A stretch of 64,000 nucleotides of DNA from Cycas panzhihuaensis (taxonomy: Eukaryota; Plantae; Cycadophyta), in assembly GCA_023213395.1 (NCBI GenBank), contig CM041465.1, positions 160,525,741 through 160,589,740 of the forward strand, in the 5' to 3' direction. How positions within the stretch are numbered: position 1 is the first letter of the stretch; every line of letters begins with the position of its first letter. The notes under the pieces were generated by a model, which worked only from the letters and a program-made list of their open reading frames with translations, had not been told where the DNA came from and made no database searches. This document shows positions 27,121 through 39,191 of this stretch, piece after piece. Position numbers and translations under genes: made by a program.

Positions 27121-27816
27121 TGTGTGCGCCTTAATCATACTATTAGCATACAGAAATTTAGAAGAGAAAGACACACACTTTGGGGGGTAAAATCATTCGG
27201 AATTACTTTTATTCAGAATAAGGCATTACATTTGGTCCTCTCACAACCAGACGCCTGTTGGAACAGTATAATTGGTTGCCCTAATATGTGGCACAGCACA
27301 AATAATATACATGCATGTAGACTAGATGATTCTGCACATCGTAGTTCCAACTCTTATATACAATATAGGTTAGTAACATAATTATTTTCGAACTAGTCCT
27401 ACTAATAACTTATTTCTTTCCAACTATCATTGGCCTACCCACTGCCTGGACCTACCCATATTTTGCCTGAATAGCACCTGTAGTAGCGATTCACTTTGGG
27501 TATGATTCACGCACACAGTGATTGCCACACTTGCGTAGTAGTTGCCGCACCTGTGTAGCAGCTCCATAGTAGTTCCGTAGTAGTTGCCGCACCTGAGAAG
27601 CAATTGCCGCACCTGTGTAGCAGCTCCATAGTAGTTCTGTGCTTGTAGACAAGATGCTTTATGTGATTGTAGTAGCACTGTAGTAGCCCTGTAGTAGTTG
27701 TAGCAGCACCGTAGTAGCCCTATAGTAGTTGTAGCATCACCGTAGTAGCCCTGTTGTAGTTGTAGTAGCACTGTAGTAGTTGTAGCAGCAAAATTAACTA
27801 CTTTTACCCACACATA
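27121..27816 (-). repeat. 5' LTR (696 bp) with an internal minisatellite (~27475-27790)
   Basis: Matches 17553-18234; flanked by PBS and TSD. Confidence 0.95.
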
Positions 27817-30800
27817 GGGGGTACTTATTATAAAGCCAAGGGATTATTAATTTATATAATTTATTATAAAGTTAAGGAATTCACCCCCTCTGTGAAATGA
27901 AATATTTGTTAAAAGTTGTCATTTATGAAATATTAAAAAGGTAGGAGTTTAATTGAAGAGATCATTATGATGGAATATTTCTTAAAGCTTTCACATTTAG
28001 AGAAACTATAAGCATTAATGAACTTCAAGAGGAGCTTTGACCTCAAAGAGAACTAACTTTTAAACCTTTTAATTATTTTTTTTGTATTACTATTACTATT
28101 ATTTAATATTATTTTTTTATTATTTATGTATCATCATGTGTGGATATATTATAGAATATCATTAGGTTCATAAAAATTTCCAAAATAAAAACCTATATAT
28201 TTTGTTCTCTACTAGTTGTATATGATCAACCTCTAGGTCACATATACATGCATTCTTTCTTATATAGTATTAAAGCTAATGGAGTACATAGTTGAGGTAA
28301 AGTAAATATTGACCTAAAATGAATTAAAGGGCTATTTACTAACTAAATAGGGATAAGGAAGAGGAGATGATGTAAATACATAACCCTAGAATAGATCCAG
28401 AGTGTGAGGAAAGATTCAAATAGGGAGGGGTATGGATATATACCCCTTATAGGACACTTATATATCTCTTGTACATAAGTGTGGAGATGATTATTGATAT
28501 GATTACTAGGTTAACTAAGTGCAATGCATAGATGCGTGTGATGGGTAAGAAAAAAAAGAGAATAAAAGAGAAACTAAAAGGAAAATAAGACTAAGTAATA
28601 ACTAAAATGTGTAATGCAATCAGGTAGATGAGTTAATGATGCATTAATTAATAAAGTGAACTAAAAACTAACTATAAAGCTTAAGATAATATCAATCAAA
28701 TAAATATCCAAAATCCTTAGGACCAAACAATAAAATAAAATCCTTAACAAAATAAGGGGGTCTATTAAGTATAGGTGCCCAAACTCCTATGTGACTATGT
28801 ACTTATCCTAATCAACTAAACCCACCTAAGTAGACTGACCTAATTTAACTTAGACTCTTACATGATCCTAAAACAATGAACTCGATCTATAAGAATAGGG
28901 GAAAGGATTACCTATAGAAAGAGGTTTAAAGGAATCAAGACCATATGATAGATCCACTTATGGATAAGTTAATGAAGACTTACTTAAAATGTAAAGTAAA
29001 GTTAGAGACAAAATTACAATATAAATGACTTTGTTAGAATTAGATGAAGAAGGATTATACATCATAAAATTTGAGGGAATAATATAAGTAAGATTAAGAC
29101 AACTATCTAATAGGGAAATAAAATAATATCTCATCAAATGGAAGGACATGGATAATAAAGATGTGACTCAGGAAGATGAAAATTAGCACTAATAGAATTT
29201 GTAGGAGTAAAGTATTTATTGAGAGGGGGACTTATTATAAAGCCAAGAGATTGTCAATTTATATATTTTATTATAAAGTTAATGGATGCACCCCCTCTGT
29301 GAAATGACATATTTGTTAAAAGTGGTTATTCATGAAAAATTAAAAGGGTAAGAGTTCAATTGAAGAGATCATTATGGTGGAATATTTCTTGAAGCTTTAA
29401 TATTTGGAGGCAACTATAAGCATCAATAAACTTTAAAAGGAGCCTTAGCCTCAAAGAGGACTAATTTTTAAACCTTTTAATTAATTTTTTATATTATTAT
29501 TACTATTATTTAATATGATTTTTTTATTATTTATGTATCATCATGTGTGGATATATTATAGAATATCATTAGATTCATAATAATTTCCATAATAAAAATC
29601 TACTGGTTGTATATGATCAATCTCTAGGTCACACATACATGTCTACTTTCTTATATAGTATCAAAGCTACTGGAGTACATAGTTGAGGTAAAGTAAATAT
29701 TGACCTAAAATGAATTAAAAGTATATTTAGTAACTAAACGAGGATAAGAAAGAGGAGATGACGTAAATACATAACCCTAGAATAGATCCAAAGGGTGAGG
29801 AGGGATTCGAGTAGGGAGGGGTATAGGCATACACCCCTTATAAGGTACTCATATATCTCATGTGCATAGGTGTGGGGATGATTATTGATATGCTTATTAG
29901 GTTGAGTAAGGGCAATGTATAAATTTATGTGATTTGAAAAAAAAAAAAGGAGAATAAAAGAGAAACTAAATGGAAAATTAAGACTAATAAACAACAAAAA
30001 TATGTAATGCAATTAGATAAATGAGGTAATGGTGTATCAACTAAGAAAGTGAATTGAAAATTGATTACAAAGTTTAAGATTATATTAATCAAACAAATAG
30101 CCAACATCCTTAAAGGGACCAAACAAGAAAATAAAATCCCTCACAATATGAGGGGGTCAATTGAGCATAGGTGTCCAAACTTCTATGTGACTATGTGCAT
30201 GTCCTAATCAACTAAACCCACCCAAGTAGACTGACCTAACTTAACTTAGACTCCCACATGACCCTAAGATGATGGATTTGATCTATGAGAATGAAGGAAA
30301 GGACTAATAACAAGAGGTTTAAAGGAATATGATAGAGCCACTTATGGATAAGTTAATTAAGACTTGTTAATACCAACAACCCAACTCATAAGATTATGAT
30401 ATAACTTAATAGTTCTTGTATTTAATTCTAATAGAACTCAAGCTCCTAAGTGATAAAAGAGGATATCGATCTTAATAAGATAAATGAAGTTTACTTGGAT
30501 ATCCATGCCCCATGAGTAATCATGTGGCAAGAATAGACACCCTTTATTAGCTTGTTCAAAACATAGATATGGAGGACTTAATGCGTCTAAAGGCACATGA
30601 CTACATCTCTTGTCTAATGATGAAATTCAAGTAGAGAAATTATAGTCCCCCTCTTAAGTATAAGAAAGGACCTTGAAACCTAAAAGAGACTAAAGAGAAA
30701 AGTAATAAATAATCTAATACATCTAGTATATAATTTTTAATTGGATGTAAATAACAAACAAACTACTTAGAAAATAAATATGTAGGCCACATGAATTTGA

Positions 30801-33800
30801 GGACTTGTAATAGGTACAAACCTCTCCCTTTTTGAGCAAACCTAGTTCTAAATAACCAAAATCAACCACCAGGATCTAACTATTTTACAACAAGTATAAG
30901 CATTTAAAACTATAAAAAATATAAGTATATAACCAATGATCATTTGACATACATAAGAAAGCATTCACATTACCAAGAACACTTGATATAATGTGGTGAA
31001 ACCCTAACAGAGTGTTAGGGAAACATCTACACAGGAAAGGTATCATCTTTATTTAATCAATAATGAAATATCTGTATATATAATTATTATAGGGTTCTCA
31101 CCACAACAACAATCAGTTGTTGCCCAAGATACAATGCAATGCAATACCACAATCATAATATAACAATAATTAGAAAAAGCTAATTATCCAAATTAGGTTA
31201 AAAATTTGCCATAATCAAATCTAGCATCTTTTTAATGAATGACCTAGATTCTTTTCACAATTTAGTAGGTTTCAACCCTATCTTTTTTCTTTGGGAGCTA
31301 CTACCCCTAAACCCCCACTTACAAGGGGGGTTCAAACACCCCCCACATGACTCGGCCAAGGGGGGCTCTCGACCCCCCTTAAAACCCCTGAGAAAAGTTG
31401 GTAGGGGATACTGTGCCAAAAAATCTCCAAAAGTTTAGCCTCCTTATACATTATTGTCACATATCCAACATTCCTCATTTAACCTTCGAAGGACAAACAC
31501 TTAAATAAAAATGTAATACAATATGTTAAAAGAAAAGATTCTTTTTAATCCCTCTTTTTTTTGTTTCTTTCTTATACACTTTTCTATTCTTGAAAATAAA
31601 AGTCTACATGTAAGTTAGAGGAGGAGCAAGTAATAATTGACAATCACTAAGTAACAACTTATTTCCCACACTTTTGCTTTTAAAATTAAACTATGAAATA
31701 GAAAGATAATTTTAATATTTTCTTTTTGGAAAATAAATCTTCAAAAAGAGGGTTTGAGGAATATTTAGAATAATGTACCAAATATCCAATACAAACCCTT
31801 TTTTCAAGCAATTTATTTTTAGCTCTCTAATTTATCAAAATGCTCACAATAAGGTTAGGCCAATGTCTAATACTGTAACCAATTTCTAGGAAACTTTTAG
31901 TAGCATTTTTGTTTGTTGAATTAACTTATGATGAAATATAAATTTGTTTATAAAATGAATTATTTTGGAAATCACTTTAAAACTAACTTGGGATACTAAC
32001 CTTTTTGGAGAATTTTTGGTAGAATTTTAACAACATAATAGTTGCATGACATACACTTGATTGTTATGGGAATGAAGTAAGAGAAGGGAGAGAGGAAGGG
32101 GGATTCCACTAGCTACTCCATGTACTCCAAATCCTATACACTTAAAGAGCTCCTCCACCTACATAAGTTAGTTGCATGTAAACTATATAATAATTTGATA
32201 GAAAAACTACTAAATGAAATAAAACTCAATTGTAAGCTCAAATAAGTAAGGAACTGGTGTGAAGGGAAGTCCAAAAAATGGCAATTTTGCCACCATATTT
32301 TGATCTTGACAAGTAATACTAAACCTTATTTCTCCCTATAAGACACCAAAATATATAAGGGCATAAGGAAATAATAGTGGAAAATGAAGTAAATAATGAG
32401 TATAAAAAAAGAAAGTAATTAGATGCTAAAAATGCAATGAGAAACACTCAACAAGAAGGTGAAAATTCTAGTAGTGTGGAGGGATTACCCCATTTTTTAG
32501 TGAAAGGGAGATGCCAATGACAATCTGCTTTAGTTAAGAGTGCTCCAACATCAACTAACCTTCAATCTCCAAGCCAAGTGAGGCAACCAATAATTAGGTT
32601 TATATGAAAATAAGAATTTTAGCCATATTTTGGCAATATAATGATAACATAATAACTCAAAATTTAACCTCCATTTTCTAATAGAAAGAGGGAGTATGCA
32701 TGGAGAAATGGAAGGGCTGGGACCTATGGTTTTGGCCCCATAGATTGGGGGGATACCATGGGATAAAACCATGGGCCAATTACCCATGATTTTTGGAAGA
32801 ATTAATTCCATAAGTATTAATTAGCATATGGTATTAGATTAAAACCCATAGGTAGCCCATGGTTTTGATGAAATAAGTGAATATGCCAGTATGTAGGCAG
32901 TATAAATTCATGACTAATTATGGGCTAAAAAAAAAAAGTAAAAGAATAAATACCATGAAGTTCTTAGTGGGATGATAAAGTTTGAAGTGGTACTGTTGTG
33001 AACTTTTCAATATGATAGAAATGACATTTTTACAAATGTAGAATAAAAGATCAAAATGAGATGGTAGTAATCATGGTGGTATAGTTGAAAATACCATTAC
33101 AAAAAAAAGCTTTGAAGAAAAAAAGTTTTAAACAAGTAGGATAGATAGATTAATACTGTAATTAGGAGGAAGAGAAGGATAATATGTGTCTTGTAGAGGT
33201 ATTAAGAGGCCTTTCTTTAACTTAATAAGCTTAGGTGGGTAACTATAAAACCACTTATTATGGTTATAATTATCATAGGCTAAGTATAGACATATTCATT
33301 CAATAGAACAATAGGAAAATGATAGCATATACATGTAAAAGAACCAATCTAAGTTAAACTAGAAAGTAAGAAGTACATACCCTTACTTACCTATTGGCAT
33401 GATGACTATGAAGCTTCTAAATTATAAGGAACACTTACCCCATTTGGTAGCAGAATCTCTTTAGATGATAGTTACAAGATAGTGAATGCTATCAATAATA
33501 CCCTAGTTATACTTATAATAAACCTATAGAAATAAAAGGGAAGACAACCTACCATTGTTTAACTTCTTTAATAGGTATTTGAAGAATGTTTCCGTTAGTT
33601 TAGTCTTATCGACAAGAACCTTAGAGGTATACTAAATAGGATGGGGATTGGCAAGTGGCTTAATCAAACTAAGATGAGATAATGACTATGATTAACCTAA
33701 ATGTAACATAAATAGGATACCATAGTTTATCCTCTTTAGTGACTATTTGTTAGAGCAATCTTAGGTAGTTGAGGGGTTGTCTCAGTGGCCAAAAAGGGTT

Positions 33801-34084
33801 GGGCTCAAAAGCCAATGATTGGCCTTAGAAGCCAAGGGTTATCATCATAGTTTAACCTCATTAATAAATGACCTTTAGAGGAGGAGTTATTTGGGCTCAT
33901 CTTGAAGCCATACTTTTTCTAGTTTTTGGTTTTAGAATTTTTTGGATCTTCTATTATTTTTAGATTTTTTTTAATTATTTGTTAAGAAAAATAAATAAGC
34001 TAAAAGAAAATGACATAAATAAGAAATAGCTAAACTATAGATGTCATAGAGAGGTTTCCCCCTTTAAAAAAATTATAATAACAA

Positions 34085-34440
34085 GTCAATTAATCTAAGT
34101 GTTATTTCCTCATAGGATATGATGGATTAATACTAACAAGAATTGTGATAACTATAACCTAGATTGGTTGCCAAGATTGGTAACTAGGGGCAATGGACTT
34201 GATAAACCTGATTGAGCTAGTAGATGACTAGTTAGGAGTCAAAAAATAATAAAATAGGGCCATGATAGACCTTCAATGCATAAATCAAAGCCTCAATAAT
34301 AGTAGTATACTTAGTAGTATTATTAGTCATTGCATGTAAGTAAACTCTAGAGTGAATCAAGACATACCCTAATTAGTCTCAGATGGTGCAAGTTGTAACA
34401 GAAAGACTAGGGTTCCCATAGCTACCTTTGTTGGTGTGAA
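34085..34440 (-). pseudogene. Archaeal-type RNase H (aRH) remnant
   Basis: Reads HTNKGSYGNPS..MTNNTTKYTTIIEAL..YHGPILL..DS*LV..VYQVHCP, collinear with ORF 62843-63334. Confidence 0.8.
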
Positions 34441-34831
34441 TGATTAATGCTATAAAGAGATGCAACAATAACTCAAATTCTATTTAATAAATAAGAGAAA
34501 TTAAGTGAGAATTAATAAATATAACTAGGTCTCAAGTTTGTATACTCACTGTCACTATAAAATAAGTTAAAAAATGGATCTTGTGAGTAGCTCATCATCA
34601 CTATCATCATAAGTTTTTAAAATTTATTTTGTCTTTCAAAGTGTTAAGTGAGTTTTGATCATGATTGAGGCCATGATGGACCTAAATAACTAGATCTAAA
34701 GGTCCTACATGACCCACATATCTGGAGTTGAACTACAAATCATAGGTGGGGATGAAACTGACGTATGACCAAGAATATGGAAAGAGGTCTATGTACAAAT
34801 ATACAACACTTCTTTTTCTATATTTTTTATT

Positions 34832-34856
<25 letters not shown>
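34832..34856. repeat. (AC)n microsatellite
   Basis: About 12 AC units seen directly. Confidence 0.95.
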
Positions 34857-34862
<6 letters not shown>

Positions 34863-34889
34863 TTCTTTTAAAATTTTCCAACACAAGAT

Positions 34890-36250
34890 TCTAAGATCAT
34901 ACTCCTATAGAAGCACTTCCTATATTCTTATTCATCTAGTTAAGTCTAACTTAGTCATTAGGAAATGTAAAGGGTTAGATTGGATAATGACATTAGTTAT
35001 TTTGCCTATTAGGTAATGCCTTAATTTTTTAGTGGTAAACGTAAGGGACAAACACTCTTTCTTAGTAGGAGTGTAGTTGAGGTTAGTCACAACTAGGGTT
35101 TGGATAATGAAGTATATAATCTATTCAATTTTAAAATCATCTTCTTAGGCTAAGATGGACCTAATTAGTTCACTTGTAAATGGCATATACAAGTTGAATG
35201 GATAGTTAAACCTAAAGGAAGCCAAGATAGGGGTTGAGACAAGACCATGTTTTAATTCTTAAAAGGCAATTTGAGTTGCTAAGGTCCAAACTAATAAACA
35301 CTCCTTCTTAAGGAGATTAGTTAAAGGTTTAGTATTCATGGTGAAGTTTTCCAAGAAGAACCATAAGAAACCTTATTATTACAAGAATGACTTAATTTGC
35401 TTTTGAGTTCTAGGTAGGGTTATTTAGGATTACTTTGACTTTCTCAAAATCAACTTGGACCCCTTTTTGAAAAATAAGAAAACCTAATAATTTACTAGCT
35501 ACAACCATGAATATGCATTTTTATGGGTTCAAGCTAACATGGAACTTTAACATATTATGAAAAATTTTCCAAGATCAGCTGGATGGTCATTCCTAGTTTG
35601 TAAGAAGCCTAGAAAGTTGTCCATGAACACCTGAAGAATCTTGTTGACGAGGTTATAGAAAATGAAATGCATAGCCTACTAGTAGGTTACACCAGTATTT
35701 TTGAGGCCAAAAGGCATGGTGATATATGCAAAGGTTCCCCAGGGAGTAGTAAATACCATCTTATGGTAGTCTTCAAGTGAAATTTAGATTTGATTATACC
35801 CCAAGAACACATCCATTAAGGGCATAACTTTGAAGTCTACTACCTATCAATTATTTGATCTATGAAAAAGAGAGAAAAATGTATTTTTAAGGCAGACATT
35901 ATTTATATCCCTAAAGTTAATACAGATGCAAATAACCTCATTCTTTTTTTTTTTTTTTATAGGCACAATATTAGATACCTATCATGGGTATTTAATTGAA
36001 GTGATTAAGGCATCATTATGAAAGTTTTCCATTTCTATTTTAATGTCTACCAAATGTTTAGGATGGATGGGGAGTTATTTTTACCTGACAGGCTTAGCTC
36101 CAAGAGTCCTCATGAGGTTATGGGTAATGATCTCAAGGTTTATACCCTTTATGTCAGTGTAATCCTATATGAAAATGCATCAAAATTCTTGAAACAACAT
36201 TGTGTATTAAACCACTTTATCTAGGGAGAATTCAACTCCAATTTTGATAA
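34890..36250 (-). pseudogene. pol: Reverse transcriptase and RNase H-like domain
   Basis: ICINFRDINNVC, MDVFLGYNQI, FTTPWGTFAYITMPFGLKN, NYTPTKKECL, KLRHYL. Confidence 0.87.
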
Positions 36251-37705
36251 TCTTACCTAAGGCCAAGGTAATATTAATGGCTTCTCTTGAAAGAAGGATG
36301 TTTCCTTCCTCAAATTGATGGGGTGCTTGATCAATAGGTGGATTTAGGGGAGGATGCATCATTATAGGCTCATAAAGAGGTGACCTAATGGCAAGGCATT
36401 TTTGAAACCCTAACTTATGGTGGTTTGGAGGAAGGTTGTGTGATTCACTTGTGAGATGTTCAAGTAGTGGTTCATCATTCTTAAAGTAATTATTGTTGTC
36501 TGTAATCTTGAATGGTGTGATAGGCTCAAGCTTTTCAATGTGTGAGTTTATACATTGATCAAATTCCTAGTCAATGTAATAAGGAAATTCCTTAGATGAG
36601 TTTAAGTATTAATGTTTAAGAGGTATAAGATTAAACCTTCCCATAAGGAGGTCAAGAGAAAAGGTGGATGGGTCTTGTTCTAGCTTTGTGTTAAAGACAA
36701 GGGGGACAATAGACTCATGGGAGAATAAAGAAGGAGAGAGTTATAAATAATAGACTTATCATAGGAAAAGGTTGAATTAGACTCACTATTTGAATAATAC
36801 ATGGGAAGGTTTTGGTCTAGATTAAGTTGGATGATGACTAGATCTACAAAGTCCCACACATGGTGAATCATATTAAGGATTCATGGTGGGGAAGGGGAGT
36901 GGACTTCAATGATCAATGGAATAGTGGTCTCAATTGGGAGGGCCTTAAGAATTAAAGTATATTACCCAAATGAGTAACTAACCACTAGAACCCTTCATGG
37001 TAAGTTACTTGGATGATAGATTTAAGGGTAGGTAGGGATAGGTCTTATGGCTTAGGGATTTCTTGGGGTGAATGGGATGATAGTTATGGATAAATTAATT
37101 GGAATGGTAAGCAAGCCAAGCATGCTAAAGAGGAGACATCCTATGGGGCCAAAGGGGTAGGGGCTTCACTTAAGTATTCTCAATAGAGTCCTACTAGGGT
37201 TCAAATAGGTGAAGAGACCTTTGGGAAGGGCCAAAAGGAGGGGGAATACCTATATGAGATGATTCCCTTGAGGTTTAAGAAATAATGGCTATTTGATATA
37301 TAGGATACTCAAGGCCTTCATCATCATATTCTAGGTTACTAAGGAGAGTCAAGTATCCATAGCTATTAATCCTAATTAGGGTAAAATGAACCATATTTGG
37401 TTTAAGAAAAGGAGGATCATCATCATATTGAGAGCCTAGACCTTGAAAGAAGTCATTAAGGGAAGGCTTTGGCTCAAAGATCTCATCATCTTCCAAATTA
37501 AAGATGGCTTGAATAATAGGTTGGGATGATCAAGAAGGGCACATTTCACATGTGACTACATACACTCTTCCATTAGTAATGAATTTCAATTGACCCCACT
37601 AGGATGAGTATACTACCCTAATCTAGTCCAACCATGGTTATCCCAAAGGGAGGTTGTAATCAATATCAATGTCAAGGATAATGATGTAAATGAAGATGGT
37701 TTTTT

Positions 37706-38079
37706 TGTTACATAACTTATTTGGATAAGTTATGTAAACCACTATGGAACTTTATGCATGTGTCATCTTGCAGGCCAATAGTATGCATGGGCATTGCCGT
37801 CCAATAGAATGTAAGACTGCTTAGGCCACCAATAGGATTACATATATAAGACCCTATTTTATCTATATAAGGGTCATAAATTATAAATGATGGTTATCTT
37901 AATAGAATACTTTTATAAAGATTATGCTACAGTACTTTCTATCTTTTGGTGATCATTTACTGCTCTGGTGTTCCTGTGAAACTCTTGGTTAGCTTATTTG
38001 CTCTGTTGGATATGAAGACATTGCTGCGATTGTTAAATTCTCTACTATCTCAAGAGTATTGGCGAGAAGAAACGTCCCA
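37706..38079 (+). repeat. 5' LTR (374 bp)
   Basis: TG..CA; matches 43725-44097. Confidence 0.95.
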
Positions 38080-38081
38080 AG

Positions 38082-38093
38082 TGGTATCAAAGC
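38082..38093 (+). promoter_or_regulatory. PBS for initiator tRNA-Met
   Basis: TGGTATCAAAGC versus canonical TGGTATCAGAGC. Confidence 0.9.
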
Positions 38094-39191
38094 TGCGTCG
38101 CGATCGTGGGAGGCTGCCCAAAAGTCCATAATTTTTTTTCTTTCTCTATCAGATCGAGTACTCTCTCTACCCTAGTAGATATCGAGGAAAGACCTTCGCT
38201 TAGTACTCTATCCATGGAGATTGAGGAATGGTATCAGGACAGTCCAAGAGTTGAGAGAAAGGGGAAATTCATTTCCCAGGTAACTCTAGTACTTTATCCC
38301 TTATCTTTCATCTGGTTTTAAATTTCATTCCTATTTTTTGATTCTGCTATTGAATTATATCTTAAGGGTAGATAACATCGCTAGGCGGATATGTTTTCTC
38401 CCTCCCACCTCCTTTCCTGGGTATCGCAGGGATGTGTTATTCTGGCTAAGTGCATAGTGGCCCTCCTACCCTTTGTGTGAAGGATTGGCATATCACTCCT
38501 GAGCCAAGCCCTAGATAGAACCTAGCTATGGTAGTGCGCCTCCACGTACCTTCGGGTATATAGGAAGGACCCCACCTTCAGATCCCAATCTTTTTCCAGC
38601 ATAGGCAACTATCAACCGCTGAAGTCTTATACTATAGTGGTTAGCAGTTAGTGTCACAAAGCTACTTGCCCTGAACTTCTACAGTTTATTAGCAGGCCTA
38701 TAAGACCAAGCACACCTTGTCTAGTGGTTGGTAGGATACTTTGGTTAAGACTGTAAGCCACCTCACAATTTGGAAAAAAAAGAAAGAAAGAAAAAAAAAA
38801 AAATTCAGTGAGGAAATTTATCCTTACATGTATATACCTCATTTTGATTAGCACATCATACTAGTCAATTTTCACTAGGTTGGTATATATTATAAATTTT
38901 TATAATTTTTAGTACCTAGTCATCAGTGGGCCCCACACCCCCCCCCCCCCTTTTTACACTTCACATGCCCCATTTGAACAAGCTTTTCACACTATTGAAA
39001 GAACTTTATATCTTGTTTATGTAACTTTCTTTGGGGTCAACAGGCTATAGAAACCCCATAATCTCCTTATTCACCCCCCTCAGTTTCCCTTAACAACCCC
39101 CTTTTTCTTACGTCTCGTTCTTTCTTGATCTTTCCCACTTCAATCATTCCCCTTCTTTCTACTTATTCCCGCCTCTTTACGCCCTTTCTCC

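Larger units (their letters stand above)
17553..27816 (-). mobile_element. Full-length non-chromovirus Ty3/Gypsy element with extra coding regions
   Basis: LTRs at 17553-18234 and 27121-27816 with TGTGTG..CACACA termini. TSD GGGGG at 17548-17552 and 27817-27821. PBS at 27106-27117. Domain order gag-PR-RT-RH-IN. Confidence 0.96.
15840..30362 (+). repeat. Three tandem ~1.4-kb units (chromodomain + PPT + LTR + flank): ~15840-17300, ~17301-17552 joined to 27817-28980, and ~28981-30362
   Basis: TTAGAGACAAA.TTACAATATAAA recurs at ~15854, ~17325 and ~29002. LTR copies at 16085, ~27826 and ~29233. CACTTATGGATAAGTTAAT recurs at ~17278, ~28955 and ~30339. Confidence 0.92.

Noticed and set aside
27427-27813. 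128-aa ORF rich in Y/C/T
   Set aside because: It is a translation of the LTR minisatellite and is not preserved in the sister LTR.
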